Of a DNA stretch of 64,000 nt, positions 1 to 9,209 are shown piece after piece; the first letter of the stretch is position 1; every line of letters starts with the position of its first letter. A model generated the notes under the pieces. It had not been told where the DNA came from. It was given only the letters and a program-made list of their open reading frames with translations, and ran no database searches. The position numbers were made by a program, and so were the translations under genes. Origin of the DNA: Candidatus Heimdallarchaeota archaeon (GTDB lineage Archaea; Asgardarchaeota; Heimdallarchaeia; Heimdallarchaeales; Heimdallarchaeaceae); contig JABCTC010000002.1 of assembly GCA_018238545.1 (NCBI GenBank), positions 32,001-96,000 on the forward strand, read 5' to 3'.

Positions 1-2
1 TC

Positions 3-221
3 AGTGGAAAGATAGGAAAGAGATACGCACGAGCAGATGAAATAGGAATACCTTATTGTGTTACAATAGATTATGATTCTTTGAAGGAAGGGTCTGTGAC
101 TATTCGAGATAGGGATACAATGAAACAAATTAGAGTTCCTGTAGAAGATCTAGAAGTAGTAATAGGCGAATTAAGTGAAGGAGAAGCTAAATTTGAAGAG
201 TTTGGAGATTTTCTCCCATAA
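3..221 (+). CDS. glyS: Glycyl-tRNA synthetase (alpha2 type), C-terminal anticodon-binding domain, 5' truncated by the window
   Basis: Manual translation, frame 3: [45 protein letters not shown]...FLP*. The IGKRYAR-DEIG-P and VT-RDRDT motifs are typical of class IIa GlyRS. Confidence 0.9.
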   Translation, partial: SGKIGKRYARADEIGIPYCVTIDYDSLKEGSVTIRDRDTMKQIRVPVEDLEVVIGELSEGEAKFEEFGDFLP

Positions 222-271
222 AATAGTACGAACAGAAAAGAATAAAAAGAAAGGAAAAGGAGAAAAGAACG

Positions 272-418
272 ATGACTAAATATATCTGTCAACGATGTAA
301 AAATGAGATAACTCCAAGTGAATTAAGATTACTACCTGGAGTTAAATGTCCAAAGTGCAGCAACAGGATCTTGTTAAAACAAAGAAGTCTTATCGCAAAA
401 CCTGTAAAAGCTAGATAA
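272..418 (+). CDS. rpoP: DNA-directed RNA polymerase subunit P (Rpo12), 48 aa, absent from the ORF track
   Basis: Manual translation MTKYICQRCKNEITPSELRLLPGVKCPKCSNRILLKQRSLIAKPVKAR*: YxCxxC...CPxCxxRILxKxR...VKAR signature. Confidence 0.92.
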   Translation: MTKYICQRCKNEITPSELRLLPGVKCPKCSNRILLKQRSLIAKPVKAR

Positions 419-466
419 TTTTTGCAATACTTTTTATATTTCTCTTGTCATAATTAAGTTGATTAT

Positions 467-763
467 ATGCCAAGATCATGTAAAGTATGTGGGAGCGGAA
501 ATATAAGTTTAATATGGAGCAATCGATGGGGAATAACAGGATATTGTTCTTTTAGATGCAGTATGATAGGAAATGTTAACTATAATTTTGCTATTGCAGT
601 ATTTCTTGGTATAGTAGCTATATCTTTGATACTTATAGCATTAGTTATCCCAAATCCAGAGCCTAAAGCATTAGCATATGGTATAGCCGCAGGTGCGATA
701 TCTATTCCACTATCATTTTTAAGTGCAATTGGTTTCTATTTCAAAAGACAAGATAGATATTGA
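467..763 (+). CDS. Small membrane protein with N-terminal Zn-binding motif
   Basis: CKVC...YCSFRC followed by two hydrophobic helices and a basic tail. Confidence 0.65.
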   Translation: MPRSCKVCGSGNISLIWSNRWGITGYCSFRCSMIGNVNYNFAIAVFLGIVAISLILIALVIPNPEPKALAYGIAAGAISIPLSFLSAIGFYFKRQDRY

Positions 764-803
764 CAAAACTTTATTGGAAATCAATGCACAAAATCTTCTC
801 ATG

Positions 804-1226
804 TTAATACTCAAATTTTAGATTCTTCGTGAATGTATACCCTTGTAGCTGAAAATGAAATTCTATAAAATAGATGATATTCTCATTAAAAGAACATCTA
901 AGGAAAATAGTATGAGTCTCATTTACAGGAATAAAAAATGGAATAATTTCTACACTTTCGTTATTGTATACTCCTAAACTTATACATGGATTACTTGAAA
1001 CACTAACTAAAGTAATAGATGCGTTAAGACAAGTGATATTCACAGGTAAATCCAACAGATCACCACTAGCACTCTGCAACTCCCCTATTTCAAAAACAAC
1101 TGTTGGTTCTTGAAAGTTGTTTCCTCCAGGCAAAAGTAGAACGATAGTTGTGACGATTCCCCCAATAGTTATCATTGTGAGAATAATATAAATTGCTTCT
1201 CTCTTAGTCATTATATTACGTTTCAC
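804..1226 (-). CDS. Hypothetical membrane-anchored beta-rich extracellular protein
   Basis: N-terminal TM helix, then a beta-strand pattern with several N-x-S/T sequons. Confidence 0.6.
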   Translation of the reverse strand: MKRNIMTKREAIYIILTMITIGGIVTTIVLLLPGGNNFQEPTVVFEIGELQSASGDLLDLPVNITCLNASITLVSVSSNPCISLGVYNNESVEIIPFFIPVNETHTIFLRCSFNENIIYFIEFHFQLQGYTFTKNLKFEY

Positions 1227-1291
1227 AATAGTACAATAGAATAAACACTTTTACACTTTTCTATGAGAATTAATTGTTTTGAATGCATAGT

Positions 1292-2902
1292 TTATTCTAG
1301 GATTTCAATTATCTCTCCTTTAACTAATTTATCACTTAACATCTTTGATATCTCTACTTTAGCTACTCTTCCTAGTAACTTCTCTTCGGATTCAATACTG
1401 ACAGCAGGACCACTATATAATGGATAACAAATGTAAGTATTTTCTCTTACTTTGTCTTTTTCAGCTATTATGACTTCTATCTTTTTCCCTATCATTTGTG
1501 TTTTCTTGTGTTTATTGAAATTTATGATGGCTTTTTTCAATTCTTCACGTTTAACCTTCATCAGATATCTGTCATGAGTGATTTTAGCTCCTGTTACAGA
1601 AAAAGGTGAATTAGGTAAAGGTAGATAGCGATAAACAGTTATTTTTTCTGCAAAATCTACCAACTCCTTTTCAACAACTTTTCTTGTTATATCAAGAGAT
1701 TGTACTGTCTCTCCTGGTAAAGAATGTATAAGATATATTTGTGAATTAATTCCATTCTCAACAAACATTTTTGCTGCTTCTAAAGCTTTGCTCGGACTGG
1801 ATGGTCTCCCAATTTTATTACTGAGTATCTCATCGAAAGTTTCGCAACCTATACTCACAGCTGTCTTGGGAAGATGTTTCCCTACAATCTCAGCGATTTT
1901 TGGAGTAACTAGGGGTGGTTTAATATTTTCTATTGCAATACTACATTTGTGTTTTTGTTCATCTCGAATTTTTGCTAATGTTGACAATAATTCCTCTATT
2001 TTTTCTATGTTAGCTGGTGGATAAGTTGGAGAGTATATTGGTTTATTATTCGGTTCTCTATAATAATCAAGGAAGCCAGGAGCCGATAAGATGATTTTCC
2101 TTACACCCTTATTTAGAAGTGCTTCTATCTCGTTTTCAACCTGCTTTATTGGCTTACTTAATGGTGCTCCAAAAGTTGCTGGAACACTGCAAAAACCACA
2201 ACCTGGAGGAATATCCTCAGGACAATCACCATGTTTGATGGTATCTATGTCGTCACAGTTTCCACAATTACTGCAACCTCCTAAATCTCTTACTGTTTCC
2301 CCTCTATAATGATTAGAACACCCTCTTACTAATTCGACATAAACCTTAGAAAACCAATAATCTGGATAATCTGTGATATTGCCAACAGAAGGTTTGAATT
2401 CGTCAAATGCATTGAGTTTTTTCTTGTTTTTCTGTTCTATTAGGAATGATTTTCCTTCTTTAGTCCAAAAATAATCATCTTTGCTCTTATCTTCAAGAAA
2501 TGCGTTTGCTGAGAAATCATTTTTGATTAGATCATCTAAAACCCACTCTCCTTCACCTACTATACCAAGATCAATTTCATTTGTGAACAAAAATTCAGGT
2601 TCTGATAAAATCGGTCCACCAAGAATAATCATGCTTTCAGCATTTTTTTCTCGTATTTTTTTTAACGCTCGCTTTACTGCTATTTTGTCAACTGACATTG
2701 CACTAATTAATATTGTATCGGAATCATAAATTTGTGATCCCATCTTCCCCTCAATGATATCTTCCACCCGAGCAATTTGTGAATCTATATTATTCTTCAA
2801 ACAGATTCCTGCTAATAGCCGTGGTCCAACACCTATTGCATCGCGAGAAAATCTTCTTCGTCCTTCATTAGCTGCTAAAGCATCAATAATTAATATGCTC
2901 AC
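1292..2902 (-). CDS. B12-binding-like radical SAM protein with C-terminal TRAM domain
   Basis: N-terminal ISAMS/ILGGP/VGEGE (cobalamin-binding-like), split SAM motif RGC...CGFC, IGCET, LPGET, TRAM-like C-terminus. Confidence 0.8.
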   Translation of the reverse strand: MSILIIDALAANEGRRRFSRDAIGVGPRLLAGICLKNNIDSQIARVEDIIEGKMGSQIYDSDTILISAMSVDKIAVKRALKKIREKNAESMIILGGPILSEPEFLFTNEIDLGIVGEGEWVLDDLIKNDFSANAFLEDKSKDDYFWTKEGKSFLIEQKNKKKLNAFDEFKPSVGNITDYPDYWFSKVYVELVRGCSNHYRGETVRDLGGCSNCGNCDDIDTIKHGDCPEDIPPGCGFCSVPATFGAPLSKPIKQVENEIEALLNKGVRKIILSAPGFLDYYREPNNKPIYSPTYPPANIEKIEELLSTLAKIRDEQKHKCSIAIENIKPPLVTPKIAEIVGKHLPKTAVSIGCETFDEILSNKIGRPSSPSKALEAAKMFVENGINSQIYLIHSLPGETVQSLDITRKVVEKELVDFAEKITVYRYLPLPNSPFSVTGAKITHDRYLMKVKREELKKAIINFNKHKKTQMIGKKIEVIIAEKDKVRENTYICYPLYSGPAVSIESEEKLLGRVAKVEISKMLSDKLVKGEIIEILE

Positions 2903-3006
2903 ATGAACCCCTTGTAATCCTTTTATTTAAATTATTTTCTCAACTGGATACGAAAAGATATCTTTCAATGACAAAGTATAAGAAGTATAATTCTTTCTTT
3001 GTAATT

Positions 3007-3327
3007 GTGTCAGAAGACGAACTCTGCGATATTTGTGGATTACCAAAATTAGATTTGTGTGTTTGTGAAGAAATAGCAAAAGAAGAACAAATTGTTCGAG
3101 TTGTTATGGAAACCCGGAAATGGGGGAAGAAGTACACTGTTATAACTGGAATTGACCCTCAAGAGGTTGATCTTAGTGCTCTAGCCAAGAAACTTAAAAC
3201 AAAATTTGCTTGTGGTGGAACTGCTAAAGAAGGCAGAATTGAATTACAAGGAGACCACAGACATAAAGTTAAGGACCTTCTTGCTAAATTCGGCTACCCA
3301 ACTGATAATATTGAAGTACAATTCTAA
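3007..3327 (+). CDS. sui1: Translation initiation factor aIF1 (SUI1 family)
   Basis: CDICGLPKLDLCVCEEIAKEEQ, KLKTKFACGGT, IELQGDH. The probable start is GTG at 3007; the ORF track starts at 2968. Confidence 0.93.
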   Translation: MSEDELCDICGLPKLDLCVCEEIAKEEQIVRVVMETRKWGKKYTVITGIDPQEVDLSALAKKLKTKFACGGTAKEGRIELQGDHRHKVKDLLAKFGYPTDNIEVQF

Positions 3328-3332
3328 ACAAG

Positions 3333-3596
3333 GTGTCCTATATAACAGCTAATGATGAAGAACCTTTTGAAGAAATTTTTGGAGAACCTAGTGTTCGTAG
3401 GAGATCTATTAGAGAAACCCTTACCGTGTGTCCAAAATGTTTCTCACCATCTAAGATGACTCCTGGATTTTTTATAGCCTCCAGCTACAGTTGTGAAAAT
3501 CCAGAATGCAATTGGACTGGAACTCTAGCTATTGAAGTTGATAGAGAAGATTATAAAGAATTTTTGGAGAAACAAGGTCGCAAACCCATGAAGTGA
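3333..3596 (+). CDS. Small Zn-ribbon protein
   Basis: CPKC...YSCENPECNWTG; starts 5 nt after aIF1, probably co-transcribed. Confidence 0.7.
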   Translation: MSYITANDEEPFEEIFGEPSVRRRSIRETLTVCPKCFSPSKMTPGFFIASSYSCENPECNWTGTLAIEVDREDYKEFLEKQGRKPMK

Positions 3597-3650
3597 AAAT
3601 CTGCGAAACATAAGATTTATCTAATATGTCAAATAAATTGACCTATCACG

Positions 3651-4487
3651 ATGAATACAGCTATTGTAATAGATACAAGCAGAGAGATTCCTGACCAATG
3701 GTACAGTCTCTATAATATTTACCCACTAGGTTATGTTATCGAAGATAGCTCTGGACAAAAACATATAGAGAGAACGCAAATTCAATCTATTAGAACTCCT
3801 GAACTAATCAAATTGGTTTGTGAGGATAGAAATTCTAACCTCTTAGCTCCCAGCATCAAAGATTATGTTGAGCTTTATACCTATCTTTCTGAAACTTACG
3901 ATTCCATAATTAGTTTACATTCTTCTAACATTACTCCTGCTGTTTTCGAAAATGCTTTAGTAGCTAAGAAACTTGTTTCCGAAATTGACATTGATATCAT
4001 CGATTCTCATACATTTGGCGCTTCTTCAGGTATTTTCGTAGAAGAACTAGCTAAATTTGTCTTGGAAGCTAAAAATATCAATGAAATTCGTAAGGAAGCA
4101 ATCAGCCTAAACAAGCATATAAGTTCTATAATCCTTTCGAAGAATGATCAGTTGAACACTATTGGTCTTCGAAAAGGCAATTGGCAAACCGCTTTTGTGT
4201 CATCTTTCCGTCCATATGTTTTATATCAAGAACTATATGGTAGATGGGAAACTGTCAAACGAGGGAGAAATATCAAATCCTTTGTAAATGAGATAATCAA
4301 ACGGGTAGAGATTGTTAATCGAGCTAAGGAAATTAAAACAGCTTACATCACTCACCATGGATCTTTATCTAAAAATGCTAGAAAAATAAAAGATATTGTT
4401 TCTCATACAAATATTGTTGAAACTAGCCCATCTCTTGTTACACATTATCTTTTAGGAAAGAATTACATTGATTTTGCATTTCTCTGA
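3651..4487 (+). CDS. DegV/FakB-family protein, degenerate
   Basis: IVIDTS, YDSIISLHSS, IIDS pattern and typical length; the TSQ, LSG, GGR and HxG motifs are eroded. Confidence 0.75.
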   Translation: MNTAIVIDTSREIPDQWYSLYNIYPLGYVIEDSSGQKHIERTQIQSIRTPELIKLVCEDRNSNLLAPSIKDYVELYTYLSETYDSIISLHSSNITPAVFENALVAKKLVSEIDIDIIDSHTFGASSGIFVEELAKFVLEAKNINEIRKEAISLNKHISSIILSKNDQLNTIGLRKGNWQTAFVSSFRPYVLYQELYGRWETVKRGRNIKSFVNEIIKRVEIVNRAKEIKTAYITHHGSLSKNARKIKDIVSHTNIVETSPSLVTHYLLGKNYIDFAFL

Positions 4488-4490
4488 TTT

Positions 4491-5285
4491 CTACAATCGA
4501 TAAAAATCTTTTACATTTTTAGTAGTGATATAAGCCAAATCTTTCTCCTCGACTTCGAGCATCTTTGCAGCTTTACGACATAGAATTGGTATGCTGGAAG
4601 GATCATTCTTTTCTCCTTTCTCCAATGAATGAAAAGGACTATCTGTTTCAAACATTAAACTATCCAATGCTACAGCTTTCAGTGTTTTTTGAAAATTCTT
4701 TCTATAAACAGCGCTGGTAGGTACAGTTATGTACCAAGATAATCTTGATATCTCCTTTGCTTGTTCTTCAGTTCCTCCAAAACAATGCATTAAAACCTCA
4801 TCTGCTCCCATTTCCTTCAAAATATCTATCGCTTTTTCTTCTGCCGCGCGTGAATGAATTACTAATGGTTTATCTAATTCAATTGAGAAACCAATTAATT
4901 CTCTGAAAAATTCTTCTTGTTCCTTTCGCTTCTCATCTTCCTTAACCCAATGAAAATCGAGCCCTATCTCTCCTATTGCAACAGCATTATCAATATTCTC
5001 TAGATGGAATTTTTTAAGCTCTTGAACTCCTTCTTCTGTTATTTTTGATGTATCTAATCCAACAGATAGATAAACTCCCGGCAAATCCTTTGTTTTGAGA
5101 CCAAAATCATAATATTTTGATTCTATTGCACTGTTAATAATGTATTTTACACCACTTGCAACTGCTTTTCTAGTAAGTTTGACTACTTCTTCATATTCAA
5201 ACCATTCTGGAACTAAGTGGCAATGTCCATCAGCGTAAACCATTTCAGAGGTTCTTTCAATGTTTATATTAGCATCTGACTGCAT
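4491..5285 (-). CDS. tatD: TatD-family hydrolase/DNase
   Basis: DGHCHL, IGEIGLD, IHSR, MHCF, ETDSP. The real start is possibly 5243. Confidence 0.92.
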   Translation of the reverse strand: MQSDANINIERTSEMVYADGHCHLVPEWFEYEEVVKLTRKAVASGVKYIINSAIESKYYDFGLKTKDLPGVYLSVGLDTSKITEEGVQELKKFHLENIDNAVAIGEIGLDFHWVKEDEKRKEQEEFFRELIGFSIELDKPLVIHSRAAEEKAIDILKEMGADEVLMHCFGGTEEQAKEISRLSWYITVPTSAVYRKNFQKTLKAVALDSLMFETDSPFHSLEKGEKNDPSSIPILCRKAAKMLEVEEKDLAYITTKNVKDFYRL

Positions 5286-5325
5286 TAAATTCCCGAAATA
5301 GTAGTGTGTTTTTTCCTATATAAAA

Positions 5326-6300
5326 TTATAGCAGATTATCGGCGAAAAACTTTAACATTTTAATTCCTCGAATTTCTCGGTCAAAGGCGTCAACAGAAGT
5401 TAAATTGTCCTTCCCAAAAACTGATTCAATATATTTTATATTTTCCATATGCTCCATACGTCTATGTGAACAATATTGACAATTAGGGTTATCAGGATTT
5501 ATCATATTTACAACAACGAATTTATGTGCAATCGAATGAGAATCTAGTTCCTCAACAAGTCTTTCAGTTTCAAATATACTCATCATTGTTGGTATCATTA
5601 CTTTAACGAATTGTGTTCTCTCCTCATCCATAAGCAGATCTCTTGCTATGAGCACTTTTTCTTTCATAATCTCTAAATTCTCAATTGTGTTATCTTTTTC
5701 TCCCTTTGCACCAAAAAGAGACTTCATCATGGTCATCGCATTAGAAAGAAACGAGCGCATTTTCAGCATTCTCCCAAGGAATGAATCTAGGAATTCTGGA
5801 ATATTTAGAAGTCTTAGAGTATGTCCTGTGGGTGCTGTGTCTAGAATAATTGTATCATATGAATCATCATCTGCATACTCAAGAATTTTCGCAAAAGATA
5901 AGGCTTCATCCATCCCTGGCTGTGGCATAGATTGCATATCTTGCCCCAACCCCTGTATTTCCGATAATCCTGGAATGTTTGTTAAATCTGAGAAATCACT
6001 GGAATCCATTGGTTTTCCTATTACTTTTGAGATTTCATCTCCTGCTTTTTCAGGGTTAATTTCCAAAGCATATAGTTCACCTTTTATTCCTTCAACCTTC
6101 TCAATTTCTCCACTAGAGAAATCTAAATCGAATGAATCGGAGACGCTGTGAGCAGGGTCTGTAGAAATGATTAGAACTCTTCTACCGCTTTCTGCTAGAG
6201 AGATAGCTAGGGATGAAGCAACACTTGTTTTCCCTACTCCGCCTTTCCCTCCAACTAAAATGAATTTAAGATCCATCTCTAAAAGATTAGTAAGTGCCAT
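5326..6300 (-). CDS. Get3/TRC40-like ATPase (single-domain ArsA family)
   Basis: GGKGGVGKT, STDPAHS, PGMDEA, DTAPTGHTLRLL, Met-rich helical insert and C-terminal CQYC dimer motif. Confidence 0.88.
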   Translation of the reverse strand: MALTNLLEMDLKFILVGGKGGVGKTSVASSLAISLAESGRRVLIISTDPAHSVSDSFDLDFSSGEIEKVEGIKGELYALEINPEKAGDEISKVIGKPMDSSDFSDLTNIPGLSEIQGLGQDMQSMPQPGMDEALSFAKILEYADDDSYDTIILDTAPTGHTLRLLNIPEFLDSFLGRMLKMRSFLSNAMTMMKSLFGAKGEKDNTIENLEIMKEKVLIARDLLMDEERTQFVKVMIPTMMSIFETERLVEELDSHSIAHKFVVVNMINPDNPNCQYCSHRRMEHMENIKYIESVFGKDNLTSVDAFDREIRGIKMLKFFADNLL

Positions 6301-6347
6301 TGTTTTTTCTAAATAACAGCTATATATAAAAATAGAGAAGAAAGTAA

Positions 6348-7112
6348 TTATCTTTTCTTTTCGATTTTTCTCTTCTCTTCTTTCTTGCTTCTATGTTTAT
6401 CGGGCAATATTGAACTACCCCTTCTGGATTTTCTTTTATGCACTTTTTGAATAGCATATCTATCAACCAGAACCACAGCCCCTAGGATTCCTACTACACC
6501 TAAACAGAAGTACAAAATGTTTAACCATAAATCAGCTTCAAGTACATATTCTACTTCAACAGATTCAACAAACAAACTAAATCTCTGTGAACTGGAGAAA
6601 TATTCAATTCCTGTTCCATTTACGTAACTTACAGTGGTAGCTTCTAATGTGAAATTACCTTCTATTTTAGCTTGGAAATAGTAAAAATAGAAAATTGTTG
6701 CATTAACATCAACTTGAATGTATCTTTGAGTAGTTAAATTAAGAATTCCTATTGCCCATTCTTCGAAACTTGGATCAACTGTAGTTAGATTGTAAGCTGA
6801 TTCATTCCCCACATTAGTAATAGTCAAATTAACTCTTATCCATTCATTTGGTCTAACTAGGTGTGATGTTACCTCTACATCTTCATTTTGGATTGGCGAT
6901 GCATTGATTGACTTCTCTACAACCAAAATTGGACGATTTTTTAGTGTATCATTTTCTTGGTCTAAATTAGGAACAATGACTGTTTGTTGAAAATCTTCCG
7001 TTTTTATTAAGTTCCCAGTAATGGGTGTTGTATTTAGCGCTCTTGATACGGGAAGTCCTATGAATAATAGTGAGATGAACAAGACTAAACTAATTGTGAA
7101 TTTTCTTTGCAT
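6348..7112 (-). CDS. Type I membrane protein, translocon-associated protein beta (TRAP-beta/SSR2)-like Ig domain
   Basis: Signal peptide; LVVEKSI...VNLTITNVGNESAYNLTTVDPSF...GNFTLEATTVSY parallels SSR2 LLASKSL...[21 protein letters not shown]...GYFNFTSATITY (recalled); C-terminal TM and basic tail. Confidence 0.65.
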   Translation of the reverse strand: MQRKFTISLVLFISLLFIGLPVSRALNTTPITGNLIKTEDFQQTVIVPNLDQENDTLKNRPILVVEKSINASPIQNEDVEVTSHLVRPNEWIRVNLTITNVGNESAYNLTTVDPSFEEWAIGILNLTTQRYIQVDVNATIFYFYYFQAKIEGNFTLEATTVSYVNGTGIEYFSSSQRFSLFVESVEVEYVLEADLWLNILYFCLGVVGILGAVVLVDRYAIQKVHKRKSRRGSSILPDKHRSKKEEKRKIEKKR

Positions 7113-7191
7113 TAGATTCTTTCCGTTTAACTTCTAAACATGCTTCAAACAGCCAACTTAAATATTTTGCTCTTTGGTATTTTTCTTAAGA

Positions 7192-7212
7192 AAAGTGAAA
7201 TAAATTCACTTT
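7192..7212. promoter_or_regulatory. Perfect inverted repeat in the divergent TRAP-beta/degV promoter region
   Basis: AAAGTGAA-ATAAA-TTCACTTT. Confidence 0.4.
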
Positions 7213-7293
7213 ACCATATTATTTCAAAGAGAGTGAAGATTCCTAAGCTCTATGTAATTTCAACTCTCTAATTCTCTGTTATGTCCCTAATTG

Positions 7294-7338
7294 TTATTTG
7301 ACGCGATAATATGCTCAACTATTATATGACGAGATAAT
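7294..7338 (+). promoter_or_regulatory. Direct-repeat operator candidate upstream of the degV-degV-HAD genes
   Basis: TTATTTGACGCGATAAT (7294-7310) and TTATATGACGAGATAAT (7322-7338), 15/17 identical, just upstream of TATA-like TTTAATAAAA (7348-7357). Confidence 0.5.
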
Positions 7339-7377
7339 CACCAAATGTTTAATAAAAACCTCATTCTTTTGCACTTT

Positions 7378-8265
7378 ATGACCGTTAAAATTATATGTGA
7401 CACTAGCGCAGACTTGAATTTACCTAATGATGCTACACTTTATGAAAAATATGATATTGAATGGGTTTCAATGAATATACTGTTTGGTACTACAGAGTAT
7501 AAAGAGCTGATTAATTTAAAACCATCTGGTTTTTACCAACTTGTTCATGAATCTACCGAACACCCTACAACATCACAATCAACTCAACACGATCTACTTG
7601 CTGCTTATGAGAAACATGGTTCCAAATATGATGAAATCATATCAATACATCTTTCAAGTGCATTAAGTGGAGCTTATGCCAATGCAATAATAGCTAAAAA
7701 AATGTACAAAAGAAAGAATCCTGATGGCGCTGAAATATACGTGTTTGATTCTAAACTAGCAAGTTCCCCTTTTGGCTTGATCGCAATTAAAGCTGCTCAA
7801 CTTGCAAAGCAAGGGTTGAACGCTGAAACCATTATTGAAAAACTTACAAATTTCTTAGAAAATGATGATGTGATATACTTCACCGTTAAAGACATCAAAT
7901 GGTTATTTGAAGGTGGCAGACTAAGCCGAGCTAAGTATTTTCTTGGAAAGATGTTAAATGTGAATCCTATTCTTACTTTAATTGATGGGAAAATAGAATC
8001 AGTTGGGAAAGGATCAGGACTTGAAAAAACTCTCGATGCAATGCTAGATATGGCTATAGACAACTTGGATGGGGATATTGATAATATTACTCTTCACTTC
8101 GTTGAGGCTGAGACAAGAACTGAAATTGAAGAGTTTATTGGACGTGTAAAGTTGACTTATCCTTCAATTAAGATCGGAGAGACATTCACCTTAGGTGGAA
8201 CAATTTGTACTCACACTGGTCCAGGCACTATAGTAATAGTGGCAACAAGGAATTTTGAATATTAA
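7378..8265 (+). CDS. DegV/FakB fatty-acid-binding protein
   Basis: ICDTSAD, TTSQST, SSALSGAY, GGRL, HTGPG. The likely start is ATG 7378 (ORF track 7345). Confidence 0.92.
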   Translation: MTVKIICDTSADLNLPNDATLYEKYDIEWVSMNILFGTTEYKELINLKPSGFYQLVHESTEHPTTSQSTQHDLLAAYEKHGSKYDEIISIHLSSALSGAYANAIIAKKMYKRKNPDGAEIYVFDSKLASSPFGLIAIKAAQLAKQGLNAETIIEKLTNFLENDDVIYFTVKDIKWLFEGGRLSRAKYFLGKMLNVNPILTLIDGKIESVGKGSGLEKTLDAMLDMAIDNLDGDIDNITLHFVEAETRTEIEEFIGRVKLTYPSIKIGETFTLGGTICTHTGPGTIVIVATRNFEY

Positions 8266-8321
8266 GTAAAATGAGTAAGGTTTAAAACTTTCTCTTTTTT
8301 TTCTATCGTTAGGTTGTTAAT

Positions 8322-9203
8322 TTGACTGTAAAAATAATGACAGATAGCGCTGCAGATATTCCGCAGAAGTATATTGAGAAATATGATATAGGAATTGTTC
8401 CAACTGTTATCCGTTTTGGAGATGAGATTTTTTATGAAAATGTAGACATAAATCTCGAGCAATTTTATGAAAAATTCCAAAACTCTAGAACATACCCTCA
8501 AACTGCAAACCCTACGTTAAACCATCAGTATTCTTTGTACGAGGAATTAGGGAAACATTCGGATGAAGTTTTGAATATTGTGATATCTTCTGGTATTTCA
8601 GGATCTTATAATACAGCTCATATTGCTCATCGAAATTATAAACGCAAAGTTAAAAATCCATCCGATATTCATATATATGATTCTAAGTTTGCAACATTTG
8701 GAATAGGGCTTTTAGCCATAAAAGCTGCGGAAATGGCTAAAGAAGGGTGTAGTGTTGAAGAAATTGTACCTGTGCTGAATGATTTTAGATCTTCATTGAA
8801 AATAGGTTTTACGGTTGAGAACCTCAAATATCTACATCGAGGTGGAAGACTAAGTTTATCCAAATTTTGGGTTGCTAAAATCGCAGATATGAAACCAGTG
8901 ATTAATTTTATTGATGGAAAAATGGACGTCATAAAGACAGTGAGAGGGCATGAAAAAGCTGTTATAGAATCATTCAATTCAGTTTATGATGAACTTGGAA
9001 GACCTAGTAAATTCAACACCTATATAATGCATGCTAGAAATGAAGATTCAGCTCGATTAGTTAAGGAGCATATAGAAAATCAAATTCAACCAGAAGACTG
9101 GAATGTTTCTATTAGAGAAGTAGGAATGACTATAGCAACACATACTGGATCCGGAAGCATTGGAATATGCGTTGATACAAAGTACAAATTTTTGGATAAA
9201 TAA
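8322..9203 (+). CDS. DegV/FakB fatty-acid-binding protein
   Basis: MTDSAAD, TANP, SSGISGSY, GGRL, HTGSG. Confidence 0.92.
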   Translation: MTVKIMTDSAADIPQKYIEKYDIGIVPTVIRFGDEIFYENVDINLEQFYEKFQNSRTYPQTANPTLNHQYSLYEELGKHSDEVLNIVISSGISGSYNTAHIAHRNYKRKVKNPSDIHIYDSKFATFGIGLLAIKAAEMAKEGCSVEEIVPVLNDFRSSLKIGFTVENLKYLHRGGRLSLSKFWVAKIADMKPVINFIDGKMDVIKTVRGHEKAVIESFNSVYDELGRPSKFNTYIMHARNEDSARLVKEHIENQIQPEDWNVSIREVGMTIATHTGSGSIGICVDTKYKFLDK

Positions 9204-9209
9204 GGATAG

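Noticed and set aside
71-292. Minus-strand 73-aa ORF, and the many other short antisense or alternate-frame ORFs in the track (e.g. 5648-6151, 10046-10816, 42320-42745, 52013-52870)
   Set aside because: They overlap well-supported genes, lack motifs and are shadow ORFs.
804-1226. Archaeal type IV pilin
   Set aside because: KREA/IYII does not fit the class III cleavage motif well and no assembly genes are nearby.
3594-3650. Selenocysteine readthrough of TGA-terminated ORFs
   Set aside because: In the case translated (after the 3333-3596 ORF) the downstream frame is short and motif-free, and I noticed no SECIS-like hairpin. Other TGA stops were not checked exhaustively.
5326-6300. Arsenite-pump ATPase ArsA
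   Set aside because: Single domain, no ars genes nearby, and Get3-type Met-rich insert and CxxC.
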